Below the pieces are notes generated by a model that did no database searches, had not been told where the DNA came from, and worked only from the letters and a program-made list of their open reading frames with translations. From Blepharisma stoltei ATCC 30299 (Eukaryota; Protista; Ciliophora), in contig CBFDEM010000024.1 of the NCBI GenBank assembly GCA_965603825.1, positions 124,001-188,000 of the forward strand: 64,000 nucleotides of DNA. The letters are read 5' to 3'. Positions within the stretch are counted from its first letter, which is position 1. Each line of letters starts with the position of its first letter. The translations under genes and the position numbers were made by a program. Positions 50,959 to 62,498 of this stretch are shown here, piece after piece.

Positions 50959-52014
50959 TTAAACAGCTGCTGCTTCAATAACTATATCAGTTTTCGCAGG
51001 AGTTATATTTAGAATTCTAAACCCAGTCCTATTCAAAAACGCTTCAATTTCTACTCTTGTTCTCACTCTCCCATCAGTTAAGCTCATTGCCACAATATCA
51101 TTAAATCTTTCGAATCTATAATTTGTATGAGTCTTATCAATAGCAATATCAACTAAGAATATTTTTGCCCCCACGTTTAAAGCATTTCTCATATTAACCA
51201 GTATTTTTTCAAAATTGGCATCATTATTTTCTTTCGAAATGCATTTCGCCACAATTGTGTCATAGCCTATTGGTATTGATTCAAGATAATTTCCTGAAAC
51301 AAATTTTAATTTTTCTTGAAAATTATTTTCTTGGATTTTTTTCTCTGTTATATCTTTAAATAAATCAATATCGTAAACAGTGCCTTGAATATGCTGATAA
51401 AGCCTGGCTAATTCTATTAATAAAGCACCACCTTGTCCACTGATTTCTAAAACTTTGGTGGAGTCACTTAAATTTATCCCTAAGCCAATTTCATTGACTG
51501 TCCAAAGAATGTGGCTTGTGATACCATTAACAAATTGTTCTAGATAAATAGGCTTCTGGCCAAGAAAATCAATGAAATTTGTATTGTAGTATTCTTCTGG
51601 AGCTGTTTTATCCGATTTTAAGCTTTTTGGGATTACGCTAAGGAAATCCATCTGCCAAGGAGCTAAATAGAATTTAATATAGTCAAGATAAGCTTCTTTC
51701 AAAAAATGAACAGAAATAGAATTCAATGCAAATTGCTTTGTTACAGGGTTATAATTAAAGAGCTTTTTTGTTTCAAGTGTCAGTAAAACACGCTCAAGCT
51801 TATCGCTGCGCGTTGAAGTTGCAAGACCCAACTCTTCTGCTGTCTTTGGACCAGTTTCTAAAAGCTGTGGGATTTTTAGATCAACTACAATGTAAAGAAG
51901 TGAGCCAAGCTGAGGCAAAAGAAGCATTTTTTCGATTTCTTTGTCAACTACTTCTGTTGGTTTTCCGAAAAGTTTTTCAACTTGTTTTTGAATGACATCA
52001 GAAACTTGATGCAT
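50959..52014 (-). CDS. O-methyltransferase-fold protein, paralog B
   Basis: Colinear with paralog A; VLEISGQGG, SGNYLESIPIGYD, DGRVRTRVE. Confidence 0.85.
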   Translation of the reverse strand: MHQVSDVIQKQVEKLFGKPTEVVDKEIEKMLLLPQLGSLLYIVVDLKIPQLLETGPKTAEELGLATSTRSDKLERVLLTLETKKLFNYNPVTKQFALNSISVHFLKEAYLDYIKFYLAPWQMDFLSVIPKSLKSDKTAPEEYYNTNFIDFLGQKPIYLEQFVNGITSHILWTVNEIGLGINLSDSTKVLEISGQGGALLIELARLYQHIQGTVYDIDLFKDITEKKIQENNFQEKLKFVSGNYLESIPIGYDTIVAKCISKENNDANFEKILVNMRNALNVGAKIFLVDIAIDKTHTNYRFERFNDIVAMSLTDGRVRTRVEIEAFLNRTGFRILNITPAKTDIVIEAAAV

Positions 52015-52670
52015 TTTGTAATAATAATTGGCTAATAAATATGGAGGAATTCCATGGTTCTCAATTAAAGCAAATTTGATATTTGAATTAAATATGGAAA
52101 ATCTTGTGTGGTATTTATGAGAACTTTTAATTCTGTTTTAGGAATCGGTATTTATTTTAAAACAAATTTTAAAATTATAGATTAATGAATACTGTTTAAA
52201 GATTAGAGGCTTTGTGATAAATAATGTATATGATAAATGAATTTACAATTAAATATAGTTGAAAATCTGTATAAATATTTATATAATTTATGATTTTTTT
52301 GCAGAATTGAGCAATCATTTATATCTTGTATGTTACTTCAATATAGATAAATAATGCACGCCATTTTAGCTATTATCGTAGATTTACAACCATCTTTAAC
52401 AAATAAATACATAAAAGTTATAAGATGAAACTGCATATTAATCAGAAATCCGATTTCAATTTATTAAAGCAAGAAATCTTAAGAAGTCAATGTTTAAATA
52501 AAAATTGTATATTTAATTTATCAAGCAATTGGCTCTATAGATCATAATTAAATGCACAGTGCTGCATAAATTTTTCCTTTGCTTCTTCACATTTGATTCA
52601 ACATTCATGAAACGATTTATATATTCTAAGTATATTTATGACATCATTTTGTTGAAATCATAAATAAATA

Positions 52671-54635
52671 ATGGCATTTGGATTTGAAGAAAGCACGCTC
52701 ATTTTCAGTTCCATTTCTTTAGTATCAAGTTTTTGAGTGACATTAATCTACATAAGAAACAAAGAACTCCATCAGCATCCAGCAGAAATTTTAGCTTGGA
52801 TCTCTGTATTTGAAATTGCTATGTGCCATCACAGCATTGCACTTGCATTGGATTCAAATTTTACACTGTATGGCCATGGCCCTCATGAGATTTTTATTGC
52901 CCTTAGTTTTGGAACTCTTGATATAGAAGAGTCTAGAGCTATATCCTGTGCAATAAACCAAGCTTTATTTTCAGCTGCTGTAACGCTGGTGTTGGCTTAC
53001 AATATGTTTGTTTGTGTTGATCTCATCATTACATTAAGAAGTCCGCTTATTAGAGGAAAATCACGTATGAAGTATTATCATATTTGTTCACTGATTTTTG
53101 TTATTGTGCAGATCACATATAATTTATTTCAAAATTCAAGATATTCAGAGTGCTTGATTAATGGGAAAATTTATTACCAAGAACTGTGAAATTTTGGGCT
53201 ACTAACTGCTGTATTTGGAATGTTTTTTATATTTGCATTTATTTCTTTGGTGTATTCTTGAGTAAAGCTTACTAAAGACTACACTAAAGTTTGTCCTGCT
53301 ACTCGAAGCTATTTTCAAAGACACATCATTTACATAATAGTTTTCAGTATCGTTTGATGCTGGGCACTTATCGATTATTGGGTGTGAAACTCAGGATGGC
53401 TAAACAAAGCAGGAATTATCATGATGTGCGCATCAGGATTTATATTAGCTTTAATAAGAAACTGTGAGCCTTTATTTTATGAAAAATCAAAAGAATCCCT
53501 CTTATTCTGAAAGAAAGCAAAGAAAATAATTAACACAAAAACTTATATTGAAATGCATACAGATATGTGAACAATTCCGATTTCACATATAATGCAAAAA
53601 TGTTTTAGGTCCCAAACGACTATTTCAATTCTTACAGGACTGTATGAAGCTATAAGGCTTTCTTCATTAAATTCTAGGTCGATGAATTTAAACGATTTTA
53701 CGATATCTGACTATAATGAAATAGCTCAGCACAAAATTAGTGATAAAAATTTGACTTTAGATTTAAATGGAATTAAATCATCAAGATTCCCTTATTATAT
53801 AATTGCTGAATATGCTCCAAAAGTTTTTCACCACCTGCGAGTAATTGATAATATAAATACTGAAATTTCTCTTTCTGCTTTAGCTCCTAAAAACAACAAA
53901 TCAACTTTATTTTCAGTCCATAAAGGCCAAGGCGGCTCTGGGAGCTTATTCATTTTTACTGAAGATGATACTTTTGTAATAAAAACAATAACAAAAACAG
54001 AGCGAAAAACTTTAGCTAAAAGGCTGCTCCAGGCATATCACAGGCATATTCTGCATCATTCTGATTCTTTATTATGCAGAATTTATGGAGTTTATACCTT
54101 AAAAATTTCTGGTCTAGCTCCGCTTGAGCTACTTTTATGTCAAAATTTGAAAAAGGATCACGTCGTCAAATTTTATGATCTAAAAGGTTCAACACACAAC
54201 AGGCATGCAAATTCTATCAGAAAAGATTTTATTGGTCCTTATAAAGATTCGGATTTTCTGAGAGAATCTAAGACAATTTCTATGAATCCCAGCATAAGAA
54301 ATCAAATTTTACGAGCAATTTATAATGATGCTTTGCTACTTATGAGGCATGATATTATGGATTACTCAATTTTTATGCAGGTATTAAGGAAAAGTCAGCG
54401 GAAGTCATATCCAGATTTTTATCAAATGGAATGGTATTCTTTTTCTATCATAGATTTTTTAAGTGAGTATAATTACAAAAAAAAATTTGAATATTACTTA
54501 AAACTTGTACAGCTTGGGAAAAAAATTAAATCTGCGTCTGTAATGGACCCGAAAAAATATTTCAATCGGTTTTTCAATTTTGCGAGCGAGAAATTATTAA
54601 ATCAAAATACTAGCTTTTTAGCTCAGATGTTATAA
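52671..54635 (+). CDS. GPCR-PIPK: 7TM receptor-like domain fused to a phosphatidylinositol phosphate kinase domain
   Basis: One 654-aa frame through seven TGA. Hydrophobic helices with LHQHP and GFILALIRNCEP; linker FR-x9-GL; PIPK motifs EYAPKVF, GSGSLFIFTEDDTFVIKT, YDLKGS, IMDYS, IIDFL. Confidence 0.88.
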
Positions 54636-55067
54636 TTATGTAAGCTGATCATCCATTAATTTTGCCTTCGCTATAAGACTTTCTAAATTGCTTTGTATAT
54701 CAGAAACTAACACTTTAATTTTAATGAAATCGTCAATAACCTCATGAGAACGTTTTCCACTATGCAAAAGAGCAATGCTTCCTGCAATTTGTGGGCTAAT
54801 TATGTTTTTTGTGGATTTTTCTAGGTCTTTGCATTTTTCTAATAGTGAAATTTGGTTTTTTTGGATAGTGGCGAGTCGAAATTCATGCTTTTCTTTGACG
54901 AGTGTTCACATTTTTTCTAAGTCTCCAGAAATTCCTTTGATATGTGTAGCAATTGGAGGTCTTACTTTTATTTTGTTGATTTCTTCGACTTCAAAATTGA
55001 TAGGCTTCTCTTGGTTTCCTTCAGATACTGTAACAATTTGATTAGGAATCAAATTTTGATTGCCCAT
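54636..55067 (-). CDS. Coiled-coil protein resembling BORCS5/myrlysin (absent from ORF track)
   Basis: ATG 55067 to TAA 54636-54638, 143 aa, one TGA. MGNQ myristoylation-type start, IVTVSEG, NQISLLEKCKDLE. Confidence 0.65.
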
Positions 55068-55101
55068 ATTACAAGAAAATTATATTTTACATGCAAATTA
55101 T

Positions 55102-55641
55102 TTAGTTTTTGCTTTGTGCAAGCTTAACCATAATTTTTCTTCCATTGAACTCTGCGTTGTTCATAGACTCAATTGCTCTTTGTGCTTGCTCATCAGTCTG
55201 AAACGTAATAAATCCATACCCTTTGCTTCTTTTATTTGTGTCAATTGGGATATCTACCCTCACAATTTCTCCAAAATTATTAAAAACCTCTTTTAGCTGC
55301 TGCCAGGTTACAAAATAAGGTAAATTTTTGATATAAATTTGATTTTTTTTCCTTGGAGATCTTGATCTTCTAGCTACTTGATCTTCTCTTACTTTTATGC
55401 TAGTTCCATTAAATAATGTGTTATCTAATTGTTGGAGAGCTCTCTGAGCTTCCAATGCAGATGCATAGGCAACTATTGCACATCCCTTGCTTTTCCCGTC
55501 ATTTGATTTTATTATATCAACACGTGTGACTTCGCCTGCACTTTCCATGTGCCTTTTTAAGTCTTTCCATTCCACTTTTTCATCAAAATTGCCTACAAAT
55601 ACTCTTTTATTGTCTATTCTGCGAGATCGATCATGAGGCAT
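55102..55641 (-). CDS. Two-RRM RNA-binding protein (Gbp2/Hrb1/hnRNP-M-like)
   Basis: RVFVGN...WKDLK...SKGCAIV; IYIKNLPYFVTWQQLK...SKGYGFI. Confidence 0.88.
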   Translation of the reverse strand: MPHDRSRRIDNKRVFVGNFDEKVEWKDLKRHMESAGEVTRVDIIKSNDGKSKGCAIVAYASALEAQRALQQLDNTLFNGTSIKVREDQVARRSRSPRKKNQIYIKNLPYFVTWQQLKEVFNNFGEIVRVDIPIDTNKRSKGYGFITFQTDEQAQRAIESMNNAEFNGRKIMVKLAQSKN

Positions 55642-55740
55642 ATTTATTTATAAACTATCTCCAAATAAATCCCAAAATTTACCTAAAAAAACTCTTTTAT
55701 AAAGCTTATTTAATCACTAAAATTCCTAATAGGATTATGT

Positions 55741-56310
55741 TTATTCTTTAACTATATTTGTTCTTTCGCTAACATAGATCCCATCAAGGAACTTTCTGAC
55801 ATCCTTATTCTTGACTGAGCAAGATTGTTGGATGAGTGCAGCAGACATCGATACAAGTTCCAAGTCATTTCCTTTCAAGATTAGCTCGTCCTTCATGGCG
55901 TCGCTCTTTTCAATAAGCACTCCTTGCAACATAGCGATTCTTCTCACCTGTCTTTCTCCAATGTAGTTTCTGATTTCAATGGATTTGTGGTCATTAGGGA
56001 TGTGGACATTAATAGGGAAGTGAGCATAGACCAATCTCATGTGGTATTCGAAGCCCTTTACAACTCCAATCATAAGGTTTTCTATTGCGGATAATACACT
56101 TCTCACACAAGCTGCTTGCTTGCGATCGGCGAACCAGCAATCTACCTTGACAAGCTTTCCATCATCTAAAACTTGGATATCTAAGGCGAGGTGTTTAAAG
56201 TCTCTTGAGAGAGTTCCTCTTGGACCTTCTACAGTAACTTTGCGGGCTTTTACTGTGATTTTGACGCCGTCGATAACTTTAAGTTTTTCTGTCTTGATGA
56301 TCTGCTTCAT
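55741..56310 (-). CDS. RPL9: 60S ribosomal protein L9 (uL6)
   Basis: VEGPRGTLSRDFKH, VYAHFPIN, KNKDVRKFLDGIYVSE. Confidence 0.98.
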   Translation of the reverse strand: MKQIIKTEKLKVIDGVKITVKARKVTVEGPRGTLSRDFKHLALDIQVLDDGKLVKVDCWFADRKQAACVRSVLSAIENLMIGVVKGFEYHMRLVYAHFPINVHIPNDHKSIEIRNYIGERQVRRIAMLQGVLIEKSDAMKDELILKGNDLELVSMSAALIQQSCSVKNKDVRKFLDGIYVSERTNIVKE

Positions 56311-57075
56311 GGCTATTGATTATTAAATGGCATCGTCTAAGCCATAAAGTTAACACTTTAATGCTAAATCAAAACTTACAAGTTTAAAATATTTAAAACA
56401 TTTTCATTGACTTTTTTGTAGTGAAATTACCTAATTAAGCAGGAGAAATATATGCTGAGATAAATTTAGAAAATTTATTGTAGTTTCCGGCTTTTAAATC
56501 AAAAAATTCCTTAAGAGAATTATGATCTGATTACTATCAGTTAAATAACTAAGTGGAATTGTATTTTTTACACTGTCTTTATATATTGAAATAATTGTTA
56601 TAATATTGACTGCTATTTTACTACGAAAAATATTTAGAAAAAGAAATAAAAGTTTATATATTGAATTTCCTTATAAGCTGTTTTTCTCTACTTATATTTA
56701 GACTTATTTAGTATAAAATAACTCTTGAATTAAATTAAGAATAAATAAATTAGCCATCCTAATTCTATGAGCAAGCTATCTAATCTAAAATTTCATTAAT
56801 TATTTTAATCTATTCTCAAGACATTTTAAGCTTTTTCTATCACTTATGATTTGGCTCAAATAAAAAATAAAATTATTTCTCCTCAAAAAGTGGTGCCATT
56901 CCAACTTTATTTATGTCTTAATTATTTGCTGCACAAGCCTAGCAGCAGAACTTCTCCCATGAATAATAAATAGCTCAAATTATCTAATAATTAATCAGTA
57001 ATTAATTCAGTAACTTTTATCAATTTTGAGATACTTGGAGTTTAATAAATTATATCAACTGCAACTTGGTGAAAA

Positions 57076-58162
57076 ATGGGGTCAGCTTGCTGTACAAAAC
57101 AATCAATTGAAGTATCACCTAATCATGAAGGAAATCCGCTAAATAATTCAGCATCTACACACTCTCTTAATAACTCAGCTCGCATAAACATAAGTCAGTT
57201 CTTTCAAAACGAAGGCTCTGATTCTACTTTTATTGAAGCAAATACTACGAGAAATGGAAAAATAATGAAATGAAGACGTGGAGATCTAATAGGCGAAGGA
57301 GCTTACGCAAAGGTGTATCAAGGAATGAACTTAGACACAGGAGAACTAATGGCAGTTAAACACCTTGAGGTAAAAGCTTAATCAGATAACTGAAGACATT
57401 AAGAAAATTGAAAAAGAGTATCTCCACTTGAAAAAAGAAATTTTGCTGTTAAGATTGCTTGATCACCCTAACATTGTAAAATATTATCAGACAGATTTAT
57501 CAGAGGATATGACTCAGCTTGATATTATTTTGGAATATGTGTCTGGAGGGTCTTTGAAGAAAATTTTGCAAAGGTTTGGAGGACTTAGTGAAGAAATTAT
57601 AAAGCATTATGGAAGACAACTGCTTGATGGCTTAGCTTATCTCCACGATCATCTCATTATTCACCGTGACTTAAAATCTGCAAATGTCTTAATAACTTCT
57701 AATGGCCATGTAAAATTATCTGACTTCGGATCATCACGCCAATTTGAAGAATTAGGAACAAAACTTTCAAAAAGCCTAAAAGGCAGTCCATACTGGATGG
57801 CCCCAGAAATCGTTATGAGGGAAGGGCATTCTTATAGCGCTGATATTTGGTCTTTTGGATGTTTACTAATAGAAATGGTGACTGGCCGTCCTCCGTGATC
57901 AAATTTTTCAAGGGATGCTAAAGAAGTTTTGAAGCTAATCTCAGTCCCTGATAATCTACCAACTATGCCAAAGGTTACAAATTCGTTAAGAGATGCGATT
58001 TTAAAGTGTTTAAATAGAGATCCTCAATTAAGACCAACAGCAAGAGAATTACTGGGACATGATTTTTTTAAAATAGTTGAAGAAGAGACCATTTCAACTG
58101 TCGCGCTTAGTAAACCTGGAAGTTTTGATACCTCCAAAAAAGAAGGCTTGATTCTTGATTAA
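57076..58162 (+). CDS. STE11/NPK1-like MAP3K-type Ser/Thr kinase with N-terminal acylation motif, 2 exons
   Basis: MGSACC; W(TGA)RRGDLIGEGAYAKVY, MAVK, HRDLKSAN, SDFG, GSPYWMAPE, GRPPW(TGA). 16-nt intron 57370-57385. Confidence 0.93.
57370..57385 (+). other. 16-nt intron GTAAAAGCTTAATCAG
   Basis: Restores the kinase frame between subdomains II and III. Confidence 0.9.
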
Positions 58163-58872
58163 ATTCGTGTATTAATATTATTTAATACATGATTATAATA
58201 TTTATGATTATTTTTGGTATTGCGATTATTTGAATTTTGTATTACTAAATATCCCATTTATAAAGAATTAGCAGTAATAATTATTAAAATTGCAAAAGAA
58301 GAGCTTTTTTTAAAGATAGATGATATAAAAAATTTAATGCTTTGCAAGCATCTAAAACATATTTTATGCATAAAATTGTTTTGACATTTTTAATAGCATA
58401 TTAAGTCAAATTAGGAATTTATCTAAATCAAATATTTAACTTTGGGATATAAATATTAGCTTTAAATCTCAAATTGTTAAATCATACTTAAGTTCTTGTA
58501 TAAAAACTCATTTATATATTCCTAGATTGCTGAGTCAAAAACCCATTAAATATGCAAGAATAAAATGACTTATTTTATGATTTTATTTATAAAACCACAA
58601 GAAATAAATTTGTGGAGATATCATGCTTTTATGCTCTTTATATATTTGGCTTCAGCCATAAAATATTTATAAACTTTTGGAAAAACTTTCTCTAAAATTT
58701 TATTTATTATCAATTTGATAAAAGATTATCGTTTTATAGGATGATATCTTTATTATATTTGATATTTATGCTTATAAAGACAAGAAATACCTCAAAGAAT
58801 ACTCAAAACCATTGGAAAACGGCTTCTAATGTCCATTTTTTTAACAAATTTTAGATACTTAATATACATTTT

Positions 58873-59973
58873 ATGTTGAAAAACGCATTCATTGTTTTAC
58901 TTTTAGTGAACTTTGGTCTTGGTTTACGAACTAATACAGCTCAAATAGTTGCAGAAGATGATCAAGTTGAAATTACTCTTACTGTTGATGAAGAAACCGG
59001 AACAGTTTGTGCAAGTTGCATTAGCATTGAAGATGCAGAATCTTTAATGACTGGAGAATCTACCCCTGTAATTACAGTTGTGGAACCAGAAGAACCAAGT
59101 GAACCTTCAACTGAAGAGCCTAGCGAGCCTTCAACTGAAGAACCTAGCGAACCTTCAACTGAAGAACCAACCACTGAGGAACCAACTGAACCCTCAACTG
59201 AAGAGCCTGAAGAGCCAACCACTGAGGAACCAACTGAACCTTCAACTGAAGAACCAACTGAACCAACAACTGAAGAGCCTTCAGAACCAACCACAGAAGA
59301 GCCTACTGAGCCTTCAACTGAGGAACCAACAACTGGAGAACCAGAAGAACCAACCACTGAGGAACCTGCAGAACCTACTGAACCAACCACTGAGGAACCT
59401 ACTGAACCAACCACTGAGGAACCTACTGAGCCAACCACTGAGGAACCTGCAGAGCCTACTGAACCTACAACTGAAGAGCCAGCAGAGCCAGAAGAGCCAG
59501 CTGAGCCAGAAGAGCCTACAACTGAAGAACCTACTGGAGAAACCGGCGAAGGGGAAGGCACTGTATCATGCCCTACCACTAATCCAACTGAAGCTTTAGC
59601 AACAATTTCTTGGAACAAGAAAAATGTAAGAGTTTACCATGCTCATGATGGAGTAGTAGATGAATGGTGTTATGACGGCGGTAGTTGGTATGTTGGTTCA
59701 TTCTACGCTGTTGGAAAAACAGTATCAGCAGTTGCTTGGAACACCGTAAATATTAGAGTTTACGTTGGCGATGGACTCAATATTGTTGAATACTGCTGGG
59801 ACGGAAATGGATGGTATGTAGGTTCATTCACAGCTGAAGGAGTTGTTACTGGATCTACCTCATGGCTAAATGGATCAAGCATCATAATCAAAGTTTACGT
59901 TAAAACACATGCTGGACATATTGAAGAGCATACTTACAGCAATGGATGGTCTGTCACATCAACTATTGTTTAG
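58873..59973 (+). CDS. Secreted fucose-binding lectin (RSL/AAL beta-propeller family, 3 blades) on a Glu/Pro/Thr mucin-like stalk
   Basis: Signal peptide; EPTTEEP repeats; blades SW..NVRVY...EWCYDGGSWYVG, AW..NIRVY...EYCWDGNGWYVG, SW...IKVY...EHTYSNGW. Confidence 0.88.
   Translation: MLKNAFIVLLLVNFGLGLRTNTAQIVAEDDQVEITLTVDEETGTVCASCISIEDAESLMTGESTPVITVVEPEEPSEPSTEEPSEPSTEEPSEPSTEEPTTEEPTEPSTEEPEEPTTEEPTEPSTEEPTEPTTEEPSEPTTEEPTEPSTEEPTTGEPEEPTTEEPAEPTEPTTEEPTEPTTEEPTEPTTEEPAEPTEPTTEEPAEPEEPAEPEEPTTEEPTGETGEGEGTVSCPTTNPTEALATISWNKKNVRVYHAHDGVVDEWCYDGGSWYVGSFYAVGKTVSAVAWNTVNIRVYVGDGLNIVEYCWDGNGWYVGSFTAEGVVTGSTSWLNGSSIIIKVYVKTHAGHIEEHTYSNGWSVTSTIV
59083..59538 (+). repeat. Coding minisatellite (EPTTEEPT / EPSTEEPS units)
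   Basis: Imperfect 24-33 bp units such as GAACCAACCACTGAGGAACCTACT. Confidence 0.9.
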
Positions 59974-60578
59974 GTTTTACTTTTTAAAAATAATAATTAA
60001 TTGAAATCAATTTATAAAATGTGTCAAATTAAGTTATATTATTTAATTATATGAAATAATATTATTTGTTAAATCTAAATTTTAATATCCTTTGAGTCTT
60101 CCAGCCTAATTCTTTATTAATTTTATATGCAGAAATGGCTAAATTTATATGGTTTCATTTTTGCAAAATTGAAACGCAGAGTTTAAAAATATTATACTTC
60201 ATACCTATTATTCTAAATCTTTATAGAATTAACAAATATACTAAGTCATAAACCCATTAAATATGAAAGATAAAAATGACTAATATTATGATTTTATTTA
60301 TAAAACCAAAGAAATAAATTTGTGGAGATATCACACTTTTATGCTCTTTTATATTTGGTTTCAGCCATAAAATATTTATAAACTTTTGAAAACTATTTCT
60401 TTAAATTTTATTCATTATCGATTTGATAAAAGATTACCGTTTTATAGGATGATATCTTTATTATATTTGATATTAATGCTTATAAAGACAAGAAATACCT
60501 CAAAAAATACACAAAGCCATTGGAAAATGGCTCCTAATATCCATTTTTGAAACAAATTTTAGATATTCAATATATATT

Positions 60579-61569
60579 ATGTTGAAAAACGTATTCGTTT
60601 TTTACTTTTAGTGAACTTTGGCCTTGTTTACGAACTAATACAGCTCAAATAGTTGCAGAAGATGATCAAGTTGAAATTACTCTTACTGTTGATGAAGAAA
60701 CCGGAACAGTTTGTGCAAATTGCATTAGCATTGAAGATGCAGAATCTTTAATGACTGGAGAATCTACCCCTGTAATTACAGTTGTGGAACCAGAAGAACC
60801 TAGTGAACCGTCTACTGGAGAACCAAGTGAACCTTCAACTGAAGAACCTACCGAACCTTCAACTGAAGAGCCAACTGAACCAACAACTGAAGAGCCTGGT
60901 GAGCCAACAACTGAAGAACCTAGTGAACCAACCACTGAGGAACCTGCTGAACCTACTGAGCCAACCACTGAAGAACCTGCAGAGCCTGCTGAGCCAACCA
61001 CCGAAGAATCTACAGAGCCTACTTAACCAACTACTGAGGATCCTGCAGAGCCTACTGAGCCTACAACTGAAGAGCCAGCTGAGCCTTCAGAGCCAACAAC
61101 TGAAGAGCCTACTGGAGAAACCGGTGAAGGGGAAGGCACTGTATCATATCCTACCAAGAATACAACTGAAGCTTTGGCAACAATTTCTTGGAATAATAAA
61201 CACGTTAGAGTTTACCATGCTCATGATGGAGTTGTCGCCGAATGGTGCTACGATGGTGGTGAATGGTATGTTGGTTCATTCTACGCTGTTGGAAAATCCG
61301 TATCAGCAGTCGTCTGGAACAACTTAAATATTAGAGTTTACGTTGGAGATGGAGTCAATATGGCTGAATACTGCTGGGACGGAAATGGATGGTTTGTAGG
61401 TGAATTCAAAGCTGAAGGAGTTGTTACTGGAGCAACCTCATGGCTAAATGAATCAGGCGTCATAATCAAAGTTTACGTTAGAATACATGCTGGATATATT
61501 GAAGAACATACATGTGAAAATGGATGGTCTGTCACATCAACTTTTGCTTTAGGTTACTTTTTAAAGTAA
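60579..61569 (+). pseudogene. Fucose-lectin pseudogene (copy 2)
   Basis: Two 1-nt deletions in the signal-peptide region relative to copy 1 (early TAG at 60609-60611) and GAA>TAA at 61024-61026. Confidence 0.8.
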
Positions 61570-62009
61570 TAATTAATTGAAATCAATTTATAAAATGTGT
61601 CAAATTAAGTTTATATTATTTAATTATATGAAATAATATTATTTGTTAAATCTAAATTTTAATATTCTTTAAGTCTTCCAGCCTATTTCTCCATTAATTG
61701 TATATTGCAGAAATGGCTAAATTTATATAGATTTATTTTTACGAAATTGAAACGCAGAGTTTAAAAATATTATACCTAATACCTATTTTTCTAAAACTTT
61801 ATAGAAGTAATATAGAATTTGATGAGAAATATTTTAAAACCTAGAAATAATTGCTTAAATTACAAATTAGCTCTGTTAGAAAAAGCTTCTAACTCTGCTT
61901 TAATTTTTTTCTTTTAAAAATATCTAAAATCCTCTCTGCAATACTCAAAATCATTGAAAAACGGCTCTTGACGTCCATTTATACTAAAGAATTGATATCA
62001 ATAAACATT

Positions 62010-62498
62010 ATGCTAAAAAACTTATTTATTGTATTGGCTCTAGTAAACATTGGACTAAGTACAGAAACAAGTACCGAAGATACTTCAGTTTCATGTCCTA
62101 CCACAACCCCTACAGAAACTCTAGCTGTAATTTCTTGGAACAAAAAAAATGTAAGAGTTTACCATGCTCATGATGGAGTAGTAGATGAATGGTGTTATGA
62201 CGGCGGCAGCTGGTATGTTGGATCATTTTCTGCTACTGGAAAAACAGTATCTGCAGTAGCCTGGAACACCGTAAATATTAGAGTTTATGTTGGGGATGGA
62301 ACTAATATAGTTGAATATTGCTGGGATGGAAAAGGATGGTATGTCGGCTCATTCACAGCTGAAGGAGTTGTTACTGGATCAACTTCTTGACTAAGTGGTT
62401 CAAATATCATTATTAAAGTCTATGTGAAAACACATCTTGGAAATATAGAAGAGCATACTTATAATAAAGGATGGTCTGTTACGTCAACTTTTGGATAG
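62010..62498 (+). CDS. Secreted fucose-binding lectin, stalk-less form (copy 3)
   Basis: Signal peptide followed almost directly by the three blades; TGA 62388-62390 aligns with TGG in copy 1; stop TAG 62496-62498. Confidence 0.88.

Larger units (their letters stand above)
58534..61806 (+). repeat. Recent ~1.6-1.7 kb tandem segmental duplication (lectin gene plus flanks)
   Basis: Upstream flank 58534-58872 matches 60245-60578; downstream flank 59975-60228 matches 61552-61806. Confidence 0.9.

Noticed and set aside
42892-52014. Redox fusions, OMT-like pair and DAHP synthase as one biosynthetic gene cluster
   Set aside because: They are interleaved with unrelated housekeeping genes, the DAHP synthase is ~18 kb away, and there is no PKS/NRPS in the window. 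Any functional link would need co-expression data.
56320-58870. Long AT-rich gaps (also 41980-42890 and 52020-52670) as retained IESs or MITEs
   Set aside because: No terminal inverted repeats or interrupted CDS seen; cannot be called without germline versus somatic read comparison.
58962-61327. Minus-strand GSSVVGS ORFs and alternative-frame NQLKSL ORFs
   Set aside because: Shadows of the EPTTE coding minisatellite.
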